Of a stretch of DNA of 64,000 nt, positions 53,928 to 61,337 are shown piece after piece. How positions within the stretch are numbered: the stretch's first letter is position 1; the number at the start of each line of letters is the position of its first letter. The stretch comes from Minisyncoccota bacterium (GTDB lineage Bacteria; Patescibacteriota; Minisyncoccia; Phycocordibacterales; UBA2100), in the NCBI GenBank assembly GCA_965267345.1, contig OZ253947.1, positions 3,648 to 67,647 on the forward strand, given 5' to 3'. The translations under genes and the position numbers were made by a program. Under the pieces are notes generated by a model. The model worked only from the letters and a program-made list of their open reading frames with translations. It made no database searches and was not told the DNA's origin.

Positions 53928-54473
53928 ATGCAGATCACGACCCAAAAAAAAGAAAAAGAAGTCTTCGCGCAATTGAAAGAGCGCTTTGGCTACACCAACC
54001 GCATGCAGGCACCACGCTTGGAGAAGATTGTCGTGGCGACCGGTACCGGTTCACATAAGAATGCGAACACCGAGCTCATCGTTGATCGTCTTGCACGCAT
54101 TACCGGACAGATGCCAAAAGAGAACGTGGCAAAGAAATCAATTGCCACCTTTAAGCTGCGTGAAGGAAGTGTGATTGGACACTCGGTAACGCTTCGCGGT
54201 AAGCGTATGTACGACTTTTTGGACAAACTTATTCACATTGCGCTGCCACGAACCCGCGACTTTCGCGGCCTGAACGTCGGCCAGATCGATGAGATGGGGA
54301 ACTACACCATCGGCATCAAGGAACACACCATTTTCCCTGAGACCTCAGATGAGGAGTTGCGCGACATTTTCGGGCTCGGTGTGACGCTCGTAACCACAGC
54401 GAAGACAAAAGAAGAAGCAGAAAGCTTCCTGCGCGAACTCGGACTGCCGCTCAAAAAGGCACAAAACGCCTAG
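53928..54473 (+). CDS. rplE: 50S ribosomal protein L5
   Basis: Canonical L5. Confidence 0.95.
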   Translation: MQITTQKKEKEVFAQLKERFGYTNRMQAPRLEKIVVATGTGSHKNANTELIVDRLARITGQMPKENVAKKSIATFKLREGSVIGHSVTLRGKRMYDFLDKLIHIALPRTRDFRGLNVGQIDEMGNYTIGIKEHTIFPETSDEELRDIFGLGVTLVTTAKTKEEAESFLRELGLPLKKAQNA

Positions 54474-54540
54474 CACCCGACACTAACCCGTCACAATTGT
54501 GGCGGGTTGTTTCGTTTGTCAATAGAGCGCTCAAAATAGT

Positions 54541-54568
54541 TTGACATAGGGCATTATTTTGCTACTAT
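54541..54568 (+). promoter_or_regulatory. sigma70-like promoter TTGACA-16-TACTAT upstream of rpsZ, followed by G/C hairpin plus T7 run in the leader
   Basis: Sequence match; possible leader attenuator. Confidence 0.4.
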
Positions 54569-54598
54569 GCCTCTGCCCTACGGGGGCCGTTTTTTTAT

Positions 54599-54784
54599 AT
54601 GGCAAAGAAATCAATGATAGCAAAAGCCCGAAAGACGCCGAAGTTCGCGTCTCGCGTGGTGCGCCGCTGTTTCAAGTGCGGTCGACCGCGTGGGTACATG
54701 CGCGACTTTGACCTGTGTCGCGTGTGCTTCCGTGAGGAGGCGCTTGAGGGCCACATTCCGGGCGTAAAGAAATCATCATGGTAG
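54599..54784 (+). CDS. rpsZ: 30S ribosomal protein S14 type Z (zinc-binding)
   Basis: [20 protein letters not shown] four-Cys zinc ribbon. Confidence 0.93.
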   Translation: MAKKSMIAKARKTPKFASRVVRRCFKCGRPRGYMRDFDLCRVCFREEALEGHIPGVKKSSW

Positions 54785-55173
54785 GAGACCCAGTCGGAGA
54801 CTTTATTGTGCGTTTGAAAAATGCTGGTGCGGTACGGCACGAGTCAGTGAGTGTGCCGCACTCAAAGATGAAGATGGCTATCGCTGAAGTACTCCGTGAC
54901 GCCGGATTTGTTAAGTCAGTTGAAAAGCGCGGGAAGAAGGTGCGCAAGACGCTCCACGTTGAGCTCATGTACGGCAAAGACGGACGCCCACGTATTACGA
55001 ACGCGCGTCGCATCTCGAAGCCGAGTCGTCGCATGTATCGTGCCGCTGACGAGCTTCGCCCCGTACGCTACGGTACTGGCGCATTGGTCCTCTCAACGCC
55101 ACAAGGCATTCTCACTGACGAACAGGCACGCAAAGCCCACATCGGCGGTGAAGCATTATTTGAAATCTGGTAG
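54778..55173 (+). CDS. rpsH: 30S ribosomal protein S8
   Basis: Canonical S8. Confidence 0.95.
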   Translation: MVGDPVGDFIVRLKNAGAVRHESVSVPHSKMKMAIAEVLRDAGFVKSVEKRGKKVRKTLHVELMYGKDGRPRITNARRISKPSRRMYRAADELRPVRYGTGALVLSTPQGILTDEQARKAHIGGEALFEIW

Positions 55174-55175
55174 GT

Positions 55176-55712
55176 ATGAGTCGCATTGGTAAACTATATA
55201 CAGCAATTCCTGCAGGGACCGACGTGTCGGTTGCTGACGGTGTACTCGTGGTAAAGGGGCCAAAGGGTGAACTGCGCAAGCGCGTGCATCCGGCAGTTAC
55301 GATTACCGTTGCGGACGGTGAGGCTGTGGTGCATCCGGCTGACGATTCACGCATGGCACAGGCACTGTGGGGCACGTTTTCATCGCACGTACAGAACATG
55401 GTCGCGGGGGTGAACGAGGGCTTTGAAAAGCAGCTGACAGTTGAAGGCGTCGGCTACAAGGCAAACATGCAGGGCGACACACTCGTGCTCGATGTTGGCT
55501 TTTCGCACTCAGTTGAGATGCCCGTACCCGAAGGCCTTGAGGTGACCGCGGAGAAGAACATGGTTACCGTCAAGGGAACGGATAAAGAAAAAGTGGGGCA
55601 GTTTGCGGCAGATGTACGTGCCACCAAGAAGCCTGAGCCATACAAGGGTAAGGGTGTTCGCTACGTCGGGGAAGTGGTTCGCCGCAAGGAAGGTAAGCGC
55701 GCAACTGCGTAG
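55176..55712 (+). CDS. rplF: 50S ribosomal protein L6
   Basis: Canonical L6. Confidence 0.95.
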   Translation: MSRIGKLYTAIPAGTDVSVADGVLVVKGPKGELRKRVHPAVTITVADGEAVVHPADDSRMAQALWGTFSSHVQNMVAGVNEGFEKQLTVEGVGYKANMQGDTLVLDVGFSHSVEMPVPEGLEVTAEKNMVTVKGTDKEKVGQFAADVRATKKPEPYKGKGVRYVGEVVRRKEGKRATA

Positions 55713-55726
55713 TACGAAGCAAGTAT

Positions 55727-56074
55727 ATGGATACACGAGAAAAAACAGCACGACGAATGCAACGAAAACAGCGTGTTCGCGCACGTATTTTCGGTACGGC
55801 ACAGCGACCACGGTTAACCGTATTTCGCTCAAATACACAGATGACCGCGCAACTCGTTGATGACGAGAACCACACAACACTTGCTGCAGTGGATTCAGGA
55901 AGCCAGAAAGGGGCAACGCCACGCGAACGCATTATGGCTGCAGGGGCGGCCATTGCTGCAGCGGCGAAGGACAAGAATATCACCCACGTGGTGTTCGATC
56001 GCAGCGGGTACCTGTACACGGGAAATATAAAAGCATTTGCTGACGCAGCACGCGAAGCAGGACTTACGTTTTAG
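55727..56074 (+). CDS. rplR: 50S ribosomal protein L18
   Basis: Canonical L18. Confidence 0.93.
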   Translation: MDTREKTARRMQRKQRVRARIFGTAQRPRLTVFRSNTQMTAQLVDDENHTTLAAVDSGSQKGATPRERIMAAGAAIAAAAKDKNITHVVFDRSGYLYTGNIKAFADAAREAGLTF

Positions 56075-56077
56075 TAT

Positions 56078-56683
56078 ATGACTGAAGAAACCAAAAACAC
56101 ACAGACGACACCGCAGACAGCGGCACCGGAAAAGGATGCGGCACGTACCACGGCTCCTGCACGCGGTCGCGGCGGGAAGCGCAGCGATGCGGCGCCGGAG
56201 CGCGGACAACGTCGCGGTGCGCGTGCGTCGCGAGGCGAGCGACGCGACCGCACCCCTGAGTTTGCACAGAAAATTCTCGACATTCGTCGTGTGACCCGTG
56301 TGATGGCCGGTGGTCGTCGCTTCAGTTTTTCAGTTACGATGGTGATTGGTGACAAGAAGGGACGTGTTGGTGTTGGTGTCGGCAAAGCGTCTGACACGGC
56401 ACTGGCAATCGAAAAGTCGATTCGCGACGCACGTAAGCGTATGATCACCGTTGCGCGCACCGAAAACAACAGCATCCCACATGACGTTGAAGCGAAGTAC
56501 GGCTCAAGCGCCATCATCATTCGTCCCGCACAAGGACGCGGACTCGTTGCCGGTGCAGCAGTGCGCACCGTGCTCGAACTTGCCGGCGTGACCGACGTAA
56601 CCTCAAAGGTACTGTCACGCAGCAAAAACCAGATGAACATTGCACGCGCGGCGATTGCAGCACTCACCAAACTGCAGAAGTAA
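56078..56683 (+). CDS. rpsE: 30S ribosomal protein S5 (N-terminal Arg/Gly/Thr-rich extension)
   Basis: dsRBD and S5-C core. Confidence 0.93.
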   Translation: MTEETKNTQTTPQTAAPEKDAARTTAPARGRGGKRSDAAPERGQRRGARASRGERRDRTPEFAQKILDIRRVTRVMAGGRRFSFSVTMVIGDKKGRVGVGVGKASDTALAIEKSIRDARKRMITVARTENNSIPHDVEAKYGSSAIIIRPAQGRGLVAGAAVRTVLELAGVTDVTSKVLSRSKNQMNIARAAIAALTKLQK

Positions 56684-56694
56684 ACAACAGATCT

Positions 56695-57147
56695 ATGGTT
56701 AGCTTGAATTCAGTACATAAAAACACGGCACACAAAGACGCACGACGCGTCGGGCGTGGTGGCAAGCGCGGCAAAACGAGCGGCCGTGGTCACAAGGGGC
56801 AGAAGCAGCACGGCGGCCACGGTATTCGCCCTGAGCTGCGCGACATGATCAAGAAGCTCCCGAAGCTGCGCGGTCACGGTAAGAACCGTGCACGCACCGT
56901 CAACAGTGCGCGTGTTGAGAACACCCCCGTCAACCTCTCGGACATTAGTGCAGCATTTTCGTCGGGTGACACGGTAAACCCGCAGACACTGGTTGCAAAG
57001 GGTGTGGTGGCGCCGCGCGCCGGCAAAGCACCTCAAGTGAAAATTCTCGGTCGCGGCGAGTTGTCGGTCAAAGTTTCTGTCGAAAACTGCGCGGTATCTG
57101 CAGCAGCACGCACAGCAATAGAAGACAAGGGAGGCACCATCGCCTAA
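56695..57147 (+). CDS. rplO: 50S ribosomal protein L15
   Basis: Canonical L15; follows rpsE directly with no L30 gene between. Confidence 0.93.
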   Translation: MVSLNSVHKNTAHKDARRVGRGGKRGKTSGRGHKGQKQHGGHGIRPELRDMIKKLPKLRGHGKNRARTVNSARVENTPVNLSDISAAFSSGDTVNPQTLVAKGVVAPRAGKAPQVKILGRGELSVKVSVENCAVSAAARTAIEDKGGTIA

Positions 57148-57154
57148 CCGTTGT

Positions 57155-58429
57155 ATGTTTGCTACCTTTTTTCACAAACTCACGCGAGTCTTTAAAGACG
57201 AGTCACTGCGCCGTCGCATTTTGTTTGTGCTCGGTGCACTCGTGGTATTTCGTATTTTGGCGACAATTCCTATTCCAGGAGTTAACGCGATCCAGCTCGA
57301 ACAATTCTTTTCAAACAATCAATTCCTCGGCCTGTTGAACATTTTCTCTGGTGGTGGTCTCTCAAACCTCTCAATTGTCATGCTCGGTGTCGGACCGTTC
57401 ATTACCGCGTCAATCATTATGCAGGTGATGACGGTTATTTCACCGAAACTCAAGAGCATGTATCAGGATGAAGGGGAGGCGGGACGCCTGAAATTCACCC
57501 AGTACTCGCGGTACCTCACCGTGCCGTTAGCATTTATGCAGGGCTTTGCGTTTCTCTCGCTCCTGCAGAGCAACGGCATTGTTCCGGCACTCGGCTTTTT
57601 CCCGATGATGACCAACGTACTGGTGATTGCTGCCGGATCTATTTTGCTCATGTGGGTTGGTGAGCTGGTCACCGAATTTGGTATCGGGAACGGTATCTCG
57701 TTGCTCATTTTCGCCGGTATTGTTGCCATTCTGCCGAGCACGGTCAGCCAGCTCTTCTTTACTTTTGACGTCTCGCAGTTGCCGCTGTACCTTGGTTTTA
57801 TTGCTGCCGGCATCGCGGTAACCGCCGCTGTTGTCTTCATTACCGAGGCAGAGCGCCCTATTCCGATTACCTACGCGCGCCAGAGTCGCGGTAGTAAGCA
57901 GTCTGCCGGTGTGGCGAGTTACTTGCCGTTGCGTGTCAACCAAGCGGGTGTGATTCCGATTATCTTCGCACTCTCGATTCTGCTATTCCCACAGGTGATT
58001 GCCTCATTCTTGGCAACGTCAGGACTGAGTGTGGTCGCTGGCGCTGCAGACGCAGTCGTGCGCGCACTGTCGAATCAGTGGGTCTACGGCGGTCTTTACT
58101 TCGCGCTCGTGGTGATGTTTACCTACTTCTATACCGCGATTACCTTTGATCCAAACCGCGTCGCAAACAACCTGCAAAAGAGCGGTGCATTCGTACCGGG
58201 TGTCCGTCCGGGCAACCACACCTCGGAGTACGTCGGAAACATCCTGACGCGTTTGACGCTCGTCGGTGCACTCTTCCTCGGTATTGTGGCCGTGTTGCCA
58301 ATTATCATGCAGGGTATTACGGGTATTGCGACACTGACCCTCGGCGGTACAGCGCTGCTCATTGCGGTGTCAGTGGTACTCGATATTGTGAAGCGTGTTG
58401 ACGCGCAGGTCTCCGTCCGCGAATACTAG
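57155..58429 (+). CDS. secY: preprotein translocase subunit SecY
   Basis: 10-TM architecture and conserved SecY motifs. Confidence 0.95.
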   Translation: MFATFFHKLTRVFKDESLRRRILFVLGALVVFRILATIPIPGVNAIQLEQFFSNNQFLGLLNIFSGGGLSNLSIVMLGVGPFITASIIMQVMTVISPKLKSMYQDEGEAGRLKFTQYSRYLTVPLAFMQGFAFLSLLQSNGIVPALGFFPMMTNVLVIAAGSILLMWVGELVTEFGIGNGISLLIFAGIVAILPSTVSQLFFTFDVSQLPLYLGFIAAGIAVTAAVVFITEAERPIPITYARQSRGSKQSAGVASYLPLRVNQAGVIPIIFALSILLFPQVIASFLATSGLSVVAGAADAVVRALSNQWVYGGLYFALVVMFTYFYTAITFDPNRVANNLQKSGAFVPGVRPGNHTSEYVGNILTRLTLVGALFLGIVAVLPIIMQGITGIATLTLGGTALLIAVSVVLDIVKRVDAQVSVREY

Positions 58430-58708
58430 AATACTAGCGCGGGGTTAGCGCATAGCTTTGTTGCGCTTCAAATATGTGCACTCACCGTATGCATAATACG
58501 GTTCGTTTCATATTCTTGTGCGCGCCTCGCTCTGCATCTAACCCCGCGCTAGTATTTTGCGTGCGCTCCTAGAATTGCACCCAAAAATGAGCGTTAGCAC
58601 CTCTTATATACAACGACCGACCTTGTTTCGCACGAGGGCGGTCCTCGTGCAGCGTTGGTGCGAGTAAGGGTCATAAATCACTCAAAGGGCGTCTTTGAGT
58701 GATTTATG
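58430..58708. repeat. structured intergenic region: 19-bp perfect inverted repeat AATACTAGCGCGGGGTTAG / CTAACCCCGCGCTAGTATT flanking 83 bp, then hairpins CACGAGG-gcggt-CCTCGTG and CATAAATCACTCAAAG-ggcgtc-CTTTGAGTGATTTATG
   Basis: All three inverted repeats are perfect. There is no coding potential; the best ORF is 18 aa. Confidence 0.5.
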
Positions 58709-58746
58709 TGCGCGAACAGGTGGAATTTGCTACACTTGTCGCACCT

Positions 58747-59334
58747 ATGGCACCAAAAAAGCAGGTACTGGTCATCTCCGGCCCCACGGGCAGCGGCGAG
58801 TCAACATTCACCCACGAACTCATTGAAGCCTACGAGACGTTTGCCAAACTCACCTCAGCGACAACGCGTGAGCCGCGGCTCAATGAGGAGCATGGCGTCG
58901 ACTACTACTTTTTCGACAAAGAGCAGTTCTTTAATGCGGTGGATTGTGGCGACATTGTCGAGTACACGCACGTAAAAAACCGTGATGCCTACTATGGTGC
59001 CTATAAACCTGATTTGGATGAGAAACTCTCAAAAGGCCTCAATGTTATCGTCAACACCGACGTCAAAGGTGCGCTCTTCTTTAAGGAGCACTACCGCGCC
59101 ACGACGATTTTCATTAAACCCAAGTCACTTGAAGTGATTGAGGACCGGCTCCGTCGCCGTGATGCATCTATCAGTGACGAAGAGGTTGCCAAGCGTCTTA
59201 AAAGTGCGCAGCAGGAAATTGACGATGCAGAGAATAAGTACGACTACGTCGTCTGGAACACTGACGGTGAGTTCGCCAATACTCTTATCGAGGTGGTTGA
59301 GATACTGAAGAAGGAAGGGTATAGTGTCGAGTAA
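58747..59334 (+). CDS. guanylate kinase-like protein 1
   Basis: P-loop ISGPTGSGEST and the guanylate-kinase signature TTREPRxxExxGxDYxF (TTREPRLNEEHGVDYYF). Start at Met 58747. Confidence 0.7.
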   Translation: MAPKKQVLVISGPTGSGESTFTHELIEAYETFAKLTSATTREPRLNEEHGVDYYFFDKEQFFNAVDCGDIVEYTHVKNRDAYYGAYKPDLDEKLSKGLNVIVNTDVKGALFFKEHYRATTIFIKPKSLEVIEDRLRRRDASISDEEVAKRLKSAQQEIDDAENKYDYVVWNTDGEFANTLIEVVEILKKEGYSVE

Positions 59335-59337
59335 ATT

Positions 59338-59925
59338 ATGTCAGATGCGCCCAGAGGAAATGTCGTCGTTATTGCCGGACCCAGTGGAAGCGGAAAAAAT
59401 AGCATCATCAACGGTGTCATTGAGCGCTGTAGCAACTGCGTACGCTTAGTGACGGCAACGACACGCGAGCCGCGAGCCGGCGAAGTAGACGGCGTCGACT
59501 ACCATTTTCTCTCAAAAGGCGACTTTCTCGCAGGAATGAAGGACGGACGTATTCCCGAGCACTGGTACGCCGAGGAGACCGACCGGTATTACGGCACGTA
59601 CCTTCCTGATCTGGAGCAGAAGCTCAGCGAGGGGAAGACGGTGCTCGCTCACATGCAGATCGAAGGCGCACGCTATTTTAAGGCGCACTTTAATGCACTC
59701 ACATTATTCATTATGCCGCACTCGCTCGACGTGTTGCGTCAGCGTGTACTCGAGCGGCAGGACATGGGCGCCGAAGAACTCGAAGAGCGACTCGCCGAAG
59801 CACAGCGTGAGATACAGGAGGATGCGCCACAGTACGATATGCAGATCGTCAACGAGCAGGGCAAGTTGGACGAAGCCATCCAAGCGGCCATCAATCTGTT
59901 ACGAGACAAAGGTTTTAATGTTTAG
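59338..59925 (+). CDS. guanylate kinase-like protein 2 (tandem paralogue)
   Basis: IAGPSGSGKNS P-loop and TTREPRAGEVDGVDYHF; ~35% identical to the upstream copy. Confidence 0.7.
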   Translation: MSDAPRGNVVVIAGPSGSGKNSIINGVIERCSNCVRLVTATTREPRAGEVDGVDYHFLSKGDFLAGMKDGRIPEHWYAEETDRYYGTYLPDLEQKLSEGKTVLAHMQIEGARYFKAHFNALTLFIMPHSLDVLRQRVLERQDMGAEELEERLAEAQREIQEDAPQYDMQIVNEQGKLDEAIQAAINLLRDKGFNV

Positions 59926-59933
59926 AGACATAT

Positions 59934-60524
59934 ATGCAGCAGTCAAAAACAGTACTCTTTTTCGGACCCTCAGGGGCGGGCAAAGGAACACAAGTGAAGC
60001 TCCTTACCGAGTTTCTGAAAAACAACACAGAGCGCGAGACCGTGTATATTGAAATGGGCGCATTGCTACGCGCCATGGTTGCTGAGGGCGGTTACTCGGC
60101 AGAGCTCACCGGTGAGGTGATCTCACATGGCGGGCTTATGCCGAGTTTTATTCCCGTGCATTTGATGACCAAACACCTCGTTGAACATTTTACAGGCGAA
60201 GAGCATATCATTGCCGATGGTGTAGTGCGCCGTCCCGATCAAGCACGTGGTTTTGACGACGCGATGGAGTTCTACGGGCGCGGTGACTACGAGGTTGTGT
60301 GTATCGAGCTTTCAGAAGCAAGCACCATGGAACGTTTGTTGGAGCGCGGGCGCAGCGATGATACGGAAGAGTCGATTCGTCGGCGTATGCAGTGGTATCA
60401 TGATGAAGTGGCACCATTAATTGATTTATTTAAAGAGCGCGGACGCACCATTCATTACATCGATGGCGAACCGAGTATCGATGCGGTACACGAGAGTATT
60501 CTTAATGCGCTAGCACTTGCATGA
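59934..60524 (+). CDS. adk: adenylate kinase
   Basis: FFGPSGAGKGTQ P-loop, short LID region. Confidence 0.88.
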   Translation: MQQSKTVLFFGPSGAGKGTQVKLLTEFLKNNTERETVYIEMGALLRAMVAEGGYSAELTGEVISHGGLMPSFIPVHLMTKHLVEHFTGEEHIIADGVVRRPDQARGFDDAMEFYGRGDYEVVCIELSEASTMERLLERGRSDDTEESIRRRMQWYHDEVAPLIDLFKERGRTIHYIDGEPSIDAVHESILNALALA

Positions 60525-61282
60525 TTTTACGTAACGAAGAAGACCGAGAGATTTTGCGCGAAGGCGGACGGCGTCTCGCGACGATTTTGCAAGAAACGGC
60601 GGCACAAGCGCGCCCGGGAGTAACGTTGCGTGAACTCGATACATTTGCGCGCGGAGTCATTCGCGACTATGGCGACGAACCAATCTTTGAAGGCTACGGC
60701 GCCGGCGGCTCCACACCGCCATTTCCGTCAGTGATTTGTACATCGGTGAATGACGCGCTCGTACACGGAATTCCGAACGACCACGAACTGCAGGAAGGTG
60801 ACATTTTAAGTATTGATTGTGGTATTCGTCATCGCGGAATCTGTACTGACTCGGCAATTACCTTTGGTATCGGCGACATCGCACCTGAAGATGCCGAACT
60901 CATGACGGCAACCCGCGAAGCACTCAATGCACAGCTTGCCGTGGCGCGCGCTGGAGCGACGATCGGCGACATCGGCCACGCTGCCGAAGTCGTCGCACAA
61001 AAGTACGGCTACGGTTACCCGAAGGAACTCGGTGGGCACGGTGTTGGTTTAGAGATGCACGAAGAACCATTTATTTTCAACTACGGACGGCCGCACACGG
61101 GTGCAACGCTCGTTGAAAATCAGGTGTTGGCACTTGAGCCGATGTTCGCACGCGGGAGTGGCGCGATACGTCTCGGGCCCGACAAATGGACATACTTTAT
61201 GAAAGATGGCGCAAACGGCGCCCACTTTGAACACACGGTTATTATCGGCACGGACGGTGCTGAAGTCGTAACACGCACCTAG
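60521..61282 (+). CDS. map: methionine aminopeptidase type I
   Basis: Pita-bread fold motifs: CTSVNDALVHGIP, metal-ligand positions D-D-H-E-E in context. Confidence 0.9.
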   Translation: MILRNEEDREILREGGRRLATILQETAAQARPGVTLRELDTFARGVIRDYGDEPIFEGYGAGGSTPPFPSVICTSVNDALVHGIPNDHELQEGDILSIDCGIRHRGICTDSAITFGIGDIAPEDAELMTATREALNAQLAVARAGATIGDIGHAAEVVAQKYGYGYPKELGGHGVGLEMHEEPFIFNYGRPHTGATLVENQVLALEPMFARGSGAIRLGPDKWTYFMKDGANGAHFEHTVIIGTDGAEVVTRT

Positions 61283-61337
61283 CGACCTATCAACGTCGCG
61301 CTTTCACCTCTGCGCTTGGGTTCGGTATACTGTGGAC

